A DNA stretch of 64,000 nucleotides, taken from Spirochaetota bacterium (GTDB lineage Bacteria > Spirochaetota > Spirochaetia > Treponematales > UBA12059). The notes under the pieces are model-generated. The model was not told the DNA's origin. It made no database searches and was given only the letters and a program-made list of their open reading frames with translations. The DNA is taken from positions 35,117-99,116 of the forward strand of contig JAHIWF010000087.1 of assembly GCA_018815555.1 (NCBI GenBank), written 5' to 3'. Position numbers and translations under genes: made by a program. Below, in pieces: positions 38,041-48,745 of the stretch. The stretch's first letter is position 1. Each line of letters opens with the position of its first letter.

Positions 38041-39663
38041 TTATTCATTGTTCAATTGTAACAAAAAAAGCCGTGCCTGACCAGAATCCGGGTCAGCATA
38101 AAGTGCGTTTTGCAGGAACCTGGCAGATTCTGCATTATTACCAAGCATGAAAACAGAACGGGCAGCCCATATCCAGGCGTCTGCCACTCGTTTTGAGCCT
38201 GCTTGTGGCTTAGCCGTTAAAGCGGCTGTACGGAAGTAATCCGCTGCTGACGTATAATTGCCGGCTTTGAGTGACAATATACCCAGATTATAGGGAGCAA
38301 GCATTGGCTGACCGGGCAGGAATAATTCAGAAAAAAGCTGCTGGGCCTTTTGGTACGATCCTTCGTATACAGCTTGATAGGCAGCAAAGAGAGAATTTTC
38401 GTTTGAATCAAGCTCATAACGGGATTGAATTGATGTAAAATCATCATAAGCGTCGATGGAAAGAAAAAAACGCTGGATAGCACTTAGGGTGTCGCTATCC
38501 CTAAATCTTGCTGCTTCCCGGGCAGCCTGAACACGGACATAATCCGGCCCATCTTTATAATATTTGTATAACAGCAATAACAGGGCAGACTCAGCCGCAG
38601 AATTGTCAAATTCGGAGACAAACATGGAAAATTTGTCGAACTGTCGGCTAGCCAAGAGCCATAAAACATACTGCAATCGAATTTCGGGAATATCCGGATA
38701 CGTGGTATAAAGGCTGCTGTACAATTCTTCGGCCATTTGGTGTAAATTCCTGATATGCTCCGTAAATTTTGACTCTTCGCGTTCGAAAGGCCAATGTCGT
38801 TCAGAAACTGCTACCGGAATATCATAAAAGCCGGCATCTGCAGCAAGTAGATAGGAAAAGTATGCGGCAGTCAGCCTAAATAGAATGGCTTGATCGTCGG
38901 CATCGACCTGTTCAAGGTATAATTCTACAAGGCTTAATGCCAACTCCGGTTGGTACAACTCATAGGCTGCATTAATAAGCAAGTTCCGCGAAGGCCAATC
39001 CAGATACTGGTTCTGGCGATCAAGCAATTGTGTATCGAGCCCGGCATCCCATAATACTTGCGCTGGCAATAGCAGAGTGCTTGTTGCCGCCTCGGCAAGC
39101 AGGACCGCCGCAAGGCTGGTATCTGCTTCATACAAAGCCAGTAATGCACGCAAAGTCAGCAATTCGGGGAGTTTAGCGTCTGCGGCAGCCAGACATAATT
39201 GCGTAGCATCAAATTCAAGCAACCCTAAAGGATTTTCCCAGCCCAATTCTAGAGCCAACTCGACCAGAAGGCCGGAATATTCAGGATAACTTAGGGCATT
39301 GTGCCATACCGAAAAAGCCCGTGACCAATCCCGGGAATTCATGAATGCATCAAAAAAAACCAATGCTACAGGTTCGGATTGAACTGTATGATAATTCTCT
39401 GCTGCAAGCATAAAAACCAGGCTGGAGTCAAACGCCTGAGCCCTCTTTAAAACACGCAGCTTATCTTCTGTGGTGTTTGCCAAAAAAAAAGCTGTCGTAA
39501 ATAGTCGAGGGTCAGCATCGGCTGTTTGCTGATCAATCAGTGCAAGAACAGCTGAAAAAGATGGATCTGGTTTTGTGCAGGTGCTGCAGCACAGGCCCAG
39601 GGTGAAAATCAGGAAAAAGCGATAAAGAAAAGCGATGCGGGACAGGAAGCCCGGCCCTTTCAT
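38041..39663 (-). CDS. putative lipoprotein with TPR-like helical repeats
   Basis: The ATG at 39663 gives MKGPGFLSRIAFLYRFFLIFTLGLCCS (lipobox LGLC) and avoids overlap with nusB. The C-terminal region is TPR-like (YNLGILSLKAGNYTSAADYFRTA...). Confidence 0.65.
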   Translation of the reverse strand: MKGPGFLSRIAFLYRFFLIFTLGLCCSTCTKPDPSFSAVLALIDQQTADADPRLFTTAFFLANTTEDKLRVLKRAQAFDSSLVFMLAAENYHTVQSEPVALVFFDAFMNSRDWSRAFSVWHNALSYPEYSGLLVELALELGWENPLGLLEFDATQLCLAAADAKLPELLTLRALLALYEADTSLAAVLLAEAATSTLLLPAQVLWDAGLDTQLLDRQNQYLDWPSRNLLINAAYELYQPELALSLVELYLEQVDADDQAILFRLTAAYFSYLLAADAGFYDIPVAVSERHWPFEREESKFTEHIRNLHQMAEELYSSLYTTYPDIPEIRLQYVLWLLASRQFDKFSMFVSEFDNSAAESALLLLLYKYYKDGPDYVRVQAAREAARFRDSDTLSAIQRFFLSIDAYDDFTSIQSRYELDSNENSLFAAYQAVYEGSYQKAQQLFSELFLPGQPMLAPYNLGILSLKAGNYTSAADYFRTAALTAKPQAGSKRVADAWIWAARSVFMLGNNAESARFLQNALYADPDSGQARLFLLQLNNE

Positions 39664-39667
39664 GCAC

Positions 39668-40099
39668 TCAACTCCGGGTCGAATTCTTCTGTTGTTTCCA
39701 CACCGCATCCAGAACACCATTTATAAAACGGAAAGAATCATCTGAGCCATACTCTTTGGCTATCTCGATGGCTTCATCAATGGTGATCTGTGGAGGAATA
39801 TCAGACTGAAACAACAGGGCATATACTGATGTTCGTAGTATTGCAACATCAACTTTTTTGAGCCGGTCAAAAGTCCAATGTTCGAGGTGCTTTTGAATCT
39901 CGCGATCAATATCGTCAACATTTTCTAAGACACCAACTATAATAAGACTGGCAAAATTCTTGGCATCCTCATCATATTTATGCAGTTTTTCTTCATCTAT
40001 CCACGAAAAACTAAGTAATTCACTTTGGTTCATGCCCGAGGCCTCCCAGGCGTAGACTGCCTGGAAAGCCAGAATACGGGCTTTTCTGCGAGATGACAT
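39668..40099 (-). CDS. nusB: transcription antitermination factor NusB
   Basis: MSSRRKARILAFQAVYAWE... and DRLKKVDVAILRTSVYALLF..IDEAIEIAKEYG are canonical NusB. Confidence 0.9.
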   Translation of the reverse strand: MSSRRKARILAFQAVYAWEASGMNQSELLSFSWIDEEKLHKYDEDAKNFASLIIVGVLENVDDIDREIQKHLEHWTFDRLKKVDVAILRTSVYALLFQSDIPPQITIDEAIEIAKEYGSDDSFRFINGVLDAVWKQQKNSTRS

Positions 40100-40101
40100 A
40101 C

Positions 40102-41127
40102 TTAGAGGCTGCCGGTAATCTTGATCTCAGCCTGAGCCCGCAGGGTTCGACTGAGGTCAGCCAGCACTTTATTCAGAAAATCGTTCTGTCTGGTCTGAGC
40201 CAGTTGCTGTGTAAGATATTCCTGAACGGTATTGCTCTGCCCGAATGCTACGGGATCAGATAATTCAAGCTGTTTCTGAGGAAAAAATTCCAGGCGTTTA
40301 ACCAGCCAGTATCCCTTTTCGGTATCAAAGGGCTCGGACACCGCGCCATCAGCCAAAGCAAAAACAACATCATAGAATTTTTTGCCGAAAACCTGCAGAG
40401 CCTCATCATTTTTTGCAAAATATACCGGCGATGGATTTGCCTGATAACCGCCCTGGGATGCGCGCAGGCGTATGGCGTCGAAGCTTTCCCGGCCATTGCT
40501 TACGTTTTGGGCCAGAGTTCGCATTAATTCCAGTCCCTTGCGGCGCTCAGCTTCGGTTGTATCCTTAAATTCATAGAAGACAAAAGCAATACGCGCTGTA
40601 TCCGGGCGTACCAGCTTTGATTTGTACAGCTCGTAAGCATCCAGAACATCCTGAGGACCGACCTGCGGGATAGCCGCGATTTCGGCAGCCTTGGTGCTGG
40701 TAATCCAACGCTGTAGCAGAATCTGTTTGCGGTACAATGAACGCAAATCCGCGAGTGCAATTCCTTGACCGGTTAAATATGCCTCGAACTGCTGGTCACT
40801 TACATTGCTACCAAGTTGACTCTTGGCCTGGTTGATATAGGCAGTAACCTCAGCCTCGGTAATCCGGATGCCATCACGTTCACACATTTGCAGGAACAGA
40901 ATGTCATCGATCATCGAATATAAAAACTCCTGCTTTTCGTCTGCAGTAAGCGAACGTCCACCCATGCGCTCTACTTTTGCAAGTTCTGCACGATATTGCT
41001 GCTGAGTAATTATCTCGGTCTTGGTGAGCCTTACAGTTGCCAGAGGTGCGCCAAGACTGATAGCCTGAGCCGCGAGGTTAACTGCAGCCAGCATCACCAC
41101 AATAAATATTAAGACACGCTTGAACAT
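40102..41127 (-). CDS. SurA/PrsA-like periplasmic chaperone, degenerate parvulin PPIase domain
   Basis: The ATG at 41127 (after GGAG) gives the signal peptide MFKRVLIFIVVMLAAVNLAAQA. A SurA-N-like helical region is followed by the parvulin-like end FALADGAVSEPFDTEKGYWLVKRLE. Confidence 0.7.
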   Translation of the reverse strand: MFKRVLIFIVVMLAAVNLAAQAISLGAPLATVRLTKTEIITQQQYRAELAKVERMGGRSLTADEKQEFLYSMIDDILFLQMCERDGIRITEAEVTAYINQAKSQLGSNVSDQQFEAYLTGQGIALADLRSLYRKQILLQRWITSTKAAEIAAIPQVGPQDVLDAYELYKSKLVRPDTARIAFVFYEFKDTTEAERRKGLELMRTLAQNVSNGRESFDAIRLRASQGGYQANPSPVYFAKNDEALQVFGKKFYDVVFALADGAVSEPFDTEKGYWLVKRLEFFPQKQLELSDPVAFGQSNTVQEYLTQQLAQTRQNDFLNKVLADLSRTLRAQAEIKITGSL

Positions 41128-41254
41128 GGTACTCTCCAAAATATAAAAAATAATGGCATTCAGCCATAAAAGTATATGTACCGAGACCGGAACATGATAC
41201 TTGATATCGCATATAACAAGCAAGTACGCTTCAGGTTATAAACCATCTCTAAAA

Positions 41255-42043
41255 TCAGAGCCCGGCTTTTTTCCGCAGCGAGCTTACTTTTGCAAAAGCC
41301 GGATGTAAACGTATTGCCGCCTGCATAAAACGCTCTGCCCAGAAAGGTTCTTTTTTACGGCTGAAAATCTCGGATTTTCTCCTATAGAACCATGCTGAAT
41401 TCAAAGAACTTGATTGTAGATCAATAGCTTCATCCAGAAGTGCTAAGTAGGCTTCCTCGGTAAGAAGATTAGGCAAGATATCTAAAACCAGCCGGCGAAA
41501 CTCATCCAGCACGACTTCATAAAAATAGCCAAATCCGGGTTTAAGCTGTTCCATGCGGATTAATTTACAAAGCACCCTGTATGCATCAACATAACGGGAG
41601 CGTTTAATATATTCTTCGGCGATGCAAAATTCAGCATCCATAGCCTCCGGCCGTTCAAAAAAACGCTCCATCCGTCCGGTGGCCGTTGTCTGCAGGCTGT
41701 CATACAGTGCTAATGCCTCGTCTTCGAAGCCGTGAAGCAAATCATAGAACACTAACTTTGCTTTATATTCCTCATGCTCGAGTCGTTCCTTAAGCCAGCT
41801 CCGGTATTCAAAGCGGCCAGTCTGCTCCTGATCATGAAAACGCATAAAGTATTTGCGGTCATATTCCCGACGCAGTTGTGGATCAAGAAGGGTGCGATAC
41901 GCTTCGATGAGCAGTCGTGCAGTCTCATCGTTTCCGTCTGCTGTGTCTGGATGGTGTATTTTGGCTTTTCGACGGAAGGAAGATTTTATTTCACGGCTGC
42001 TGGCTTGCCGTGAAACTCCCAACACTTTGTAGTAATCCTGCAT
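41255..42043 (-). CDS. J-domain (DnaJ-like) protein without Zn-finger/CTD
   Basis: MQDYYKVLGVSRQASSREIKSSFRRKAKIHHPDT contains the HPD motif. The rest is helical and unassigned. Confidence 0.8.
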   Translation of the reverse strand: MQDYYKVLGVSRQASSREIKSSFRRKAKIHHPDTADGNDETARLLIEAYRTLLDPQLRREYDRKYFMRFHDQEQTGRFEYRSWLKERLEHEEYKAKLVFYDLLHGFEDEALALYDSLQTTATGRMERFFERPEAMDAEFCIAEEYIKRSRYVDAYRVLCKLIRMEQLKPGFGYFYEVVLDEFRRLVLDILPNLLTEEAYLALLDEAIDLQSSSLNSAWFYRRKSEIFSRKKEPFWAERFMQAAIRLHPAFAKVSSLRKKAGL

Positions 42044-42072
42044 GCACTATCCTGTAACCCGTTGTTTCAAAC

Positions 42073-42540
42073 TCAGATTGTTTTTTTTACAGCGGCAACT
42101 GCCAGTCGCAGTGCATGCCATGCGCCGGCACTGTCGGTAGCCGACATTAAATCCTGTTTTAGGGAGCCTGCCTCAAGAACAGAAGCCAGAAGCTTCAGAG
42201 TTTGCAGATGCGCCGCAGGATTCTGCGTTGGTGACAGTAACATAAAAACCAGGGAGACTTCGGAAAGAGCTTCGCTATCGTATTCCATGGCTGGTTTGAC
42301 TATTGCAATAACACCAAGTGCTTCACGAAGTCCATCCAGTTTTGCATGGGGAATAGCTATACCATTGCCGACAGCAGTGCTGAACTGTCGTTCACGATTC
42401 AGCAATGCGGCCAGTATTTCCGCACGGCTAAGCTGACCGGGTTCCTCAAGCAAAGACACCAGTCTGCCAAAAAGGGTTTCCTTATCGGCAGCCGGTGTCT
42501 CGAAAACAATTCTGTTTTCAGTGAATATATATTGAAGCAT
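42073..42540 (-). CDS. PTS EIIA type-2 domain protein (PtsN-like regulator)
   Basis: The phosphorylatable His is in the context GNGIAIPHAK. 155 aa, single domain. Confidence 0.8.
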   Translation of the reverse strand: MLQYIFTENRIVFETPAADKETLFGRLVSLLEEPGQLSRAEILAALLNRERQFSTAVGNGIAIPHAKLDGLREALGVIAIVKPAMEYDSEALSEVSLVFMLLSPTQNPAAHLQTLKLLASVLEAGSLKQDLMSATDSAGAWHALRLAVAAVKKTI

Positions 42541-42550
42541 CAGCTACAAA

Positions 42551-42973
42551 TCAGTTACCTGAACCTGATTCGCTTCCTGTACTGGCCGGAGCATCAAGAA
42601 TGCTGTTATCGGACGGGCTGGAAATAGTCGGTTCGACACCTTCCAGAAGACCAGATGCATCGGATTCAGATTCAAACCAACCGGTAGCCTCGCTAGCGCG
42701 CAGAGCGGCAGCTTCAACATCACCCAGGCTGCTTTTATTAACTACAGCAAGGCTGAAAGCCAAAACAAAAAAGAGCGCCCCGAGTACATACGTGAACTTG
42801 ACCACAATATTGGTTGAACGAGAGCCAAAAGCCGCATTGCCGGCGCCGCCAAAAATACCGCCCAGACCTTCGCTGTCCTGATCCTGGATGATTACCATAA
42901 AAATTAGCAAGGCGCAGACTATCGCAAAAAGTACCAATAAAATTATACCGAAAATGCCCATCGTAAACTCCAC
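42551..42973 (-). CDS. secG: preprotein translocase subunit SecG with extended Ser/Gly/Glu-rich C-terminus
   Basis: Two TM helices flank GLGGIFGGAGNAAFGSRS, the SecG signature. It sits in the classical position after tpiA. An alternative start is the ATG at 42961. Confidence 0.85.
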   Translation of the reverse strand: MEFTMGIFGIILLVLFAIVCALLIFMVIIQDQDSEGLGGIFGGAGNAAFGSRSTNIVVKFTYVLGALFFVLAFSLAVVNKSSLGDVEAAALRASEATGWFESESDASGLLEGVEPTISSPSDNSILDAPASTGSESGSGN

Positions 42974-43018
42974 TAAAAATATGTATGCCGGTTTCCCGAC
43001 GTTTACAGGATATTACAC

Positions 43019-43051
43019 AAAAAGGCACTGCCCTGCAAGTAGGACAGCGCC
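43019..43051 (-). terminator. intrinsic terminator/attenuator between tpiA and secG
   Basis: The minus-strand RNA reads GGCGCUGUCCU-ACUUGC-AGGGCAGUGCC (11 bp, two of them G-U that would be A-C mismatches on the + strand) followed by UUUUU. Confidence 0.6.
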
Positions 43052-43072
43052 TTTCTTTAGTGTACAAAAGGC

Positions 43073-43825
43073 TTATTTATAAAAATTGACTATAGGAACG
43101 AATGATTCAGCCTTTAATGATGCACCACCTACCAGGGCTCCATCAATATTAGCTTTGGCCATCAGTTCAGCCGCATTCTCCGGTTTTACCGAACCGCCAT
43201 ACTGTATAGTCATAGCTACTGCCGACTTCTCGCTGTATAATTCTTTGAGAACACGGCGGATATAAGCGTGAACGGCATCAGCATCTTCCGGTGTGGCAGT
43301 TTTACCTGTGCCGATAGCCCAAACCGGCTCATACGCTATAATCACTTTAGCCAATTCGGTTTCGGCAACCCCTTTAAGGCCTTCAACGACCTGTGTCCTG
43401 ACAACAGACTCCAGATTCCCGCCTTCACGTTCAGCCAAGGTTTCGCCGACACAAAGAATGGGCTCCAGTCCGTGCTTCAGGGCAAGCAGCAGCTTTTTAT
43501 TGATCAATTCGTCCGTTTCCAAATAGGAATGACGTCGTTCAGAATGACCAAGAATAACAACGCTGACCCCGGCATCTTTAAGCATGGCCGGCGAGATTTC
43601 GCCGGTGTGTGCTCCCTGTTCTTCCGGGCCCATATTCTGAGCACCTAAAAGAACGTTGCTGCCCTTGAGTACTGTTGCTACGGCGGCGAGCGAGGTAAAG
43701 GCCGGGGCTATCATGATTTTAGAGCTGCTGCCTTCCAACTTGGCAACCAGCTCTTTGGCGAGTTCGACTGATTCGGCGATGGTCCGGTGCATCTTCCAGT
43801 TACCGGCTATATAATACTGTTTCAT
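43073..43825 (-). CDS. tpiA: triose-phosphate isomerase
   Basis: GNWKMH, ILGHSERR, AYEPVWAIGTG and YGGSV are canonical. Confidence 0.95.
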   Translation of the reverse strand: MKQYYIAGNWKMHRTIAESVELAKELVAKLEGSSSKIMIAPAFTSLAAVATVLKGSNVLLGAQNMGPEEQGAHTGEISPAMLKDAGVSVVILGHSERRHSYLETDELINKKLLLALKHGLEPILCVGETLAEREGGNLESVVRTQVVEGLKGVAETELAKVIIAYEPVWAIGTGKTATPEDADAVHAYIRRVLKELYSEKSAVAMTIQYGGSVKPENAAELMAKANIDGALVGGASLKAESFVPIVNFYK

Positions 43826-43859
43826 GGGTTTTCCTTAAGCTTCATACAAATATGCCGGG

Positions 43860-45119
43860 TTAGCGGCAAACTTCGATACCGGGCAGTTTTTTGCCTTCCA
43901 GTAATTCGAGTGACGCGCCACCGCCGGTGGATACATGACTCATTCTGGAGGCCAGGTTGAATTTGTTGACAGCGGCAACCGAATCACCACCCCCAACAAC
44001 GGTCATGCAGCCGGCATCGGTAGCCGCAGCCACCAGCTTGGCCAGATCCCCGGTGCCTTTGGCAAAATTCTCAAACTCGAATACACCCAGAGGTCCATTC
44101 CAGACTATGCTTTTACTGCCGGGAATGATTTCTGCATACTGTTTGAGGGTTTTGGGACCAACGTCCATGCCCATCAGATTGGCCGGAATATCGACGGTAT
44201 CCACTGCAACGACAGGAGCAGCGGCGTCAAAGCGTTCGGCACACAAGTGGTCCACTGGTAGAACGATGCGCACACCAGCTTTTACTGCTGCGGCTAGAAT
44301 GGCCTTAGCGGTATCTAACTGGTCATCCTCCACCAACGACAAACCAACCGTATGCCCCTGTGCCTTCAGGAAGGTATAAGCCATACCGCCGCCGATGACG
44401 AGGGCGGATGCATTGTGCAATAAGGATTCCAGTACAGCCAGCTTGGAACTTACCTTGGCTCCGCCAATGATGGCAACCATGGGTTTGGGTGGATTGATGA
44501 TCATCGGCTCGAGATACTGTACTTCTTTTTCCATCAGGAATCCGCCAACCGAAATATGGGCGAATTTGGCAATGGAGGCTGTAGAGGCATGATCGCGATG
44601 GGCGGTACCGAAAGCATCGTTTACAAAGATTTCACCATATGAGGCCAGTTCTTTGGCCAGTGTATCGCGCTGTGCGTCATCGGAGCTGGTTTCCTCGGCA
44701 TGAAAGCGGGTATTTTCCAGCATGATGATGGTACCGGAAGACTGATTCTCAATAAAATTTTTCTTGCCGAAACAAGAGTCTTCGCCGGCAAAAATAACTG
44801 GGCGGCCGAGTTTGGAAGCCAGATACTCACAGACCGGCCGCAGGCGGTGTTTACCATTCAGATAAGCCGCTTCATCCCAGGCCGTTCCGGCTTTTTCAGC
44901 TTTTTCTTTGGCCTTCTTACCGTCCTTTTTGGGATCGCCCAGATGGCTCATGAGTACCAGGCTTTTTACGCCTTGTTCCATGATATACTGTATCGACGGA
45001 ATGGCAGCAGTAATACGGGTATCATCCTGAACCTTGCCGTCTTTCATGGGAACATTAAAATCTACTCGCATTACAATCCGCTTGTCTTTAAGCGGAATAT
45101 CCCGAATGGTTTTTATCAT
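43860..45119 (-). CDS. pgk: phosphoglycerate kinase
   Basis: [24 protein letters not shown] and STGGGASLE are canonical. Confidence 0.95.
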   Translation of the reverse strand: MIKTIRDIPLKDKRIVMRVDFNVPMKDGKVQDDTRITAAIPSIQYIMEQGVKSLVLMSHLGDPKKDGKKAKEKAEKAGTAWDEAAYLNGKHRLRPVCEYLASKLGRPVIFAGEDSCFGKKNFIENQSSGTIIMLENTRFHAEETSSDDAQRDTLAKELASYGEIFVNDAFGTAHRDHASTASIAKFAHISVGGFLMEKEVQYLEPMIINPPKPMVAIIGGAKVSSKLAVLESLLHNASALVIGGGMAYTFLKAQGHTVGLSLVEDDQLDTAKAILAAAVKAGVRIVLPVDHLCAERFDAAAPVVAVDTVDIPANLMGMDVGPKTLKQYAEIIPGSKSIVWNGPLGVFEFENFAKGTGDLAKLVAAATDAGCMTVVGGGDSVAAVNKFNLASRMSHVSTGGGASLELLEGKKLPGIEVCR

Positions 45120-45136
45120 AACAACACTCCTCCATC

Positions 45137-45166
45137 AAAAAAGAACCCGCCACAAAGGGGCGGGTT
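45137..45166 (-). terminator. intrinsic terminator/attenuator between gap and pgk
   Basis: The minus strand reads AACCCGCC-CCUUUGU-GGCGGGUU (8 bp perfect) followed by CUUUUUUG, then GGAGGAG and the pgk ATG. Confidence 0.65.
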
Positions 45167-45176
45167 GCTGAACTGC

Positions 45177-46307
<1,131 letters not shown>

Positions 46308-46559
46308 CTATTGAATACACTGTAAGAATGTAAAAAAACGCAGAAAATGTCAATCTTTGAAACGCTTTGTTTTTACCCGGATATGATCATAAGCCTGTAC
46401 AATACAGTAATAATTATTTTTACAGAAAGAGATTAGTAGTTTTTACCTTTTTTTACCTGAAAGCTGTTTTTTCGGTAAATTTTTAGTGAATGCGAAGAAG
46501 GCATTCTATGGAGAATATAATAACACTGTTATATGCAACAGCTTTTTAGTTAAACCCTG

Positions 46560-46674
46560 TTTGATGCTATGCCGATACATAAGTAGTCGGGTACGGCACA
46601 GTTCCCCTCCCAGTTTGCTGTGTTGATATCTGATTGCCTGTCAGGGCGGCCGGTTGAAAAACCGGCCTTTTTTT
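46560..46674 (+). ncRNA. candidate small RNA (orientation and 5' end uncertain)
   Basis: The + strand forms three hairpins: 46571-46597; 46597-46622, with the 16-nt loop UUCCCCUCCCAGUUUG; and the terminator hairpin 46648-46667 plus U7. No + strand CDS lies upstream. Confidence 0.3.
46648..46674 (+). terminator. canonical intrinsic terminator on the + strand (also the hairpin immediately after the stop of the minus-strand NHL gene)
   Basis: GGCCGGU-UGAAAA-ACCGGCC (7 bp) followed by T7 on the + strand. On the minus strand the same hairpin is preceded by A7 and followed by GCCCUGAC, with no U-tract. Confidence 0.55.
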
Positions 46675-48745
46675 ATTGCAGCGGCGCAAAATAGCCGGTT
46701 TCATCTTTCCCAGAACGAGCGCGGAAATATACTTCAGTACGTACTTGCAGGTAACGCCGCCCGAAATCAGTATCGGCGGCGGAGCGGAATGAAACGCGGT
46801 ACACACCACTAGCCATACTGCGAATCACGTTTCCCAGCTCGGATACCCCGTCGGGCTGGTTCATCGAGTAGAATTGCCCTTCACTCTCTTCCATCAAGTA
46901 CCGCAAACCCGGGGATAGTTCGCCGCGACCGAGTTGAATAACATGCAGGCTGATCCGGTTATTGCGTAATAAGGACACTAACTCGGCCAGTGAAAAATCG
47001 TCCAGCTGTTCTTCGTTGATGCTGCCGGTACTGATGAAGGCAATAGCCCGACGGGAGGAAGAATCAGCCAGTTCATTGACCGCAAGGCGCAAGGCCAAAT
47101 CAAAACGCCAGCTACTGTCAGCCTTCATATTGCTGATGGCCATATTCATTTCGGCAAGACTTCCGGATATCGGCGGCTGCGGCACGGCACCGGCAAGTAT
47201 CAGATTGCTCTGGGCCTCTGTTCCCAAACTGGAGACTACAGCAGACAGGGCATCACGGGCCGCCAGTTTATAAGCACTTAGCTCTGGTGCCGCCGGCACG
47301 ATGCATTGCAGCTCTATGGCAGACGATGCGTCCAGACTGCCCTCGAAGGAAAACATGCTTACCGGCTTTATTGTTTCCACCAAGCGCTTAACCGGGATGT
47401 CTGATTGCTCACTCTGAATATCTTCGACCCGAGTTACAAATTCGGCCGCGTAAAAATTGGAGGCGTCCAGGCCAACGACCGGTCTTCCGGCATTATCCAT
47501 GATGCGGATATCCATAAACACTTGAGGGAAACGGTCAGCGTAAATCCGCTCCACATCAACATACAGGCCGGAATACGTAGCAACCGGATCACTGAGCAGC
47601 AAGATACGCGATGCATTATAATCAGCGGCAAGCAAATCACCGTTGGCATCGATAACTGCACAAACCAGACGGGTACGCCGGTCAGAACTGGTGTATAAAA
47701 GATCAAAGTCGCCGGATTCCGGATCATAAGCAACTATACGTGTACTATCTGCAATCAGGAGATACCCATCCTGCGAAGTAAGCCCCTCCGGTCGCTGAAT
47801 AAAATCACCGGCAACCGTATCGAGTAGGTTGCCGAATAAATCCATGACCAGAATGGCCTTCAGGGCAGCATCAGCGACATAGAGACGGTCAGCCATAACC
47901 GCAATTCCCGTAGGCATGATCAGTCCCTGGAAATCTCCTGCCTTGGCAGTAAAACCAGCGATAAATTTGCCATCGGGGGCAAGTTTTACGACCCGAGAGC
48001 GGCCGATATCGCTGACATACATGAAGCCATCGGCATCTACAGCCAGGTACTGCGGTCCAACCAGCCTTTCCTGTCCTTGCTGCAGAGGAGCGTAAGTCTG
48101 AATCCGGCCGCTTGCATCAAGGAAAGTAAGCCGGTCGGACATAAATTCTGAAACGACCAAGCCGCCGCCAGGCAAGGATGAAAGCGCAAAAGGACGATCC
48201 AAACCACTGATACCACCGGTGTAGCGCTCTACAATAAGGCCGTTTGGATTTATACGCAAAATTTCATTACTGCCGTTGGCAACCACTAAAACTGATCCGT
48301 CAGGAAATGAATGTATCCAGGATGGGCGAAGGAAAAGGGTGTCTTTTCCTACTATGCCTTCTATACTGCGATTTTCGATAAGGCGTGCCGGAACCGTACG
48401 CAGACCACTGCGCATAATAAGCGCGAGTAATTCTGATCGTGCTTCGACAAAACTGTTGGCTTGATTGCCGTTGACTGATTGCCGCCAAAAATCCAGGGCA
48501 TTGGTACCGAGGCCAAGTTTCTGGTAGGCCTTGCCTAACCAGTATAAGGTAAGCTGATTGCCGGGATTTGCGGATAGTACCGACTCGAACAAATATAAGG
48601 ATTCAGCAAAACGGCCGCGATTGTAGGCCTCTACAGCGATGCGAAAATTGGCGATAGACGGAGGGTCAGTAAGCTGAAATGAGTATTGTGCATGTATCGA
48701 AAAACAAAGAATAAACAATCCGAAAGACAAAAACAGGCGCTTCAT
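46673..48745 (-). CDS. secreted TPR / six-bladed NHL-like beta-propeller / vWA-like C-terminal domain protein
   Basis: Signal peptide MKRLFLSFGLFILCFSIHAQ and an N-terminal TPR pair. Six repeats resemble NHL blades (LVVANGSNEILRINPNG, LVVSEFMSDRLTFLDASG, MYVSDIGRSRVVKLAPDG, LYVADAALKAILVMDLFG, LLIADSTRIVAYDPESG, LLAADYNASRILLLSD). The C-terminus is vWA-like (RRAIAFISTGS...ISLHVIQLG) without an obvious DxSxS MIDAS motif. Confidence 0.8.
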   Translation of the reverse strand: MKRLFLSFGLFILCFSIHAQYSFQLTDPPSIANFRIAVEAYNRGRFAESLYLFESVLSANPGNQLTLYWLGKAYQKLGLGTNALDFWRQSVNGNQANSFVEARSELLALIMRSGLRTVPARLIENRSIEGIVGKDTLFLRPSWIHSFPDGSVLVVANGSNEILRINPNGLIVERYTGGISGLDRPFALSSLPGGGLVVSEFMSDRLTFLDASGRIQTYAPLQQGQERLVGPQYLAVDADGFMYVSDIGRSRVVKLAPDGKFIAGFTAKAGDFQGLIMPTGIAVMADRLYVADAALKAILVMDLFGNLLDTVAGDFIQRPEGLTSQDGYLLIADSTRIVAYDPESGDFDLLYTSSDRRTRLVCAVIDANGDLLAADYNASRILLLSDPVATYSGLYVDVERIYADRFPQVFMDIRIMDNAGRPVVGLDASNFYAAEFVTRVEDIQSEQSDIPVKRLVETIKPVSMFSFEGSLDASSAIELQCIVPAAPELSAYKLAARDALSAVVSSLGTEAQSNLILAGAVPQPPISGSLAEMNMAISNMKADSSWRFDLALRLAVNELADSSSRRAIAFISTGSINEEQLDDFSLAELVSLLRNNRISLHVIQLGRGELSPGLRYLMEESEGQFYSMNQPDGVSELGNVIRSMASGVYRVSFRSAADTDFGRRYLQVRTEVYFRARSGKDETGYFAPLQ

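Noticed and set aside
46327-46353. Minus-strand TTGACA with a downstream TACATT/CATTCT, considered as the gap promoter, plus T-tract (TTTTTAC) repeats at 46369-46457 as an UP or curvature element.
   Set aside because: The -35 is perfect, but the -10 is ambiguous at spacers of 15-17 nt, and the T-tracts are not phased at about 10.5 nt. This is plausible but not strong enough to list as a feature.
46567-46809. An 80-aa minus ORF, and the 10-codon GTG mini-ORF after GGGAGGGG, considered as a leader peptide for gap.
   Set aside because: The long ORF overlaps the NHL gene 3' end out of frame. The mini-ORF lies 300 nt upstream of gap with the candidate gap promoter in between, so a leader-peptide role is unsupported. 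The region is reported instead as a candidate sRNA of uncertain orientation.
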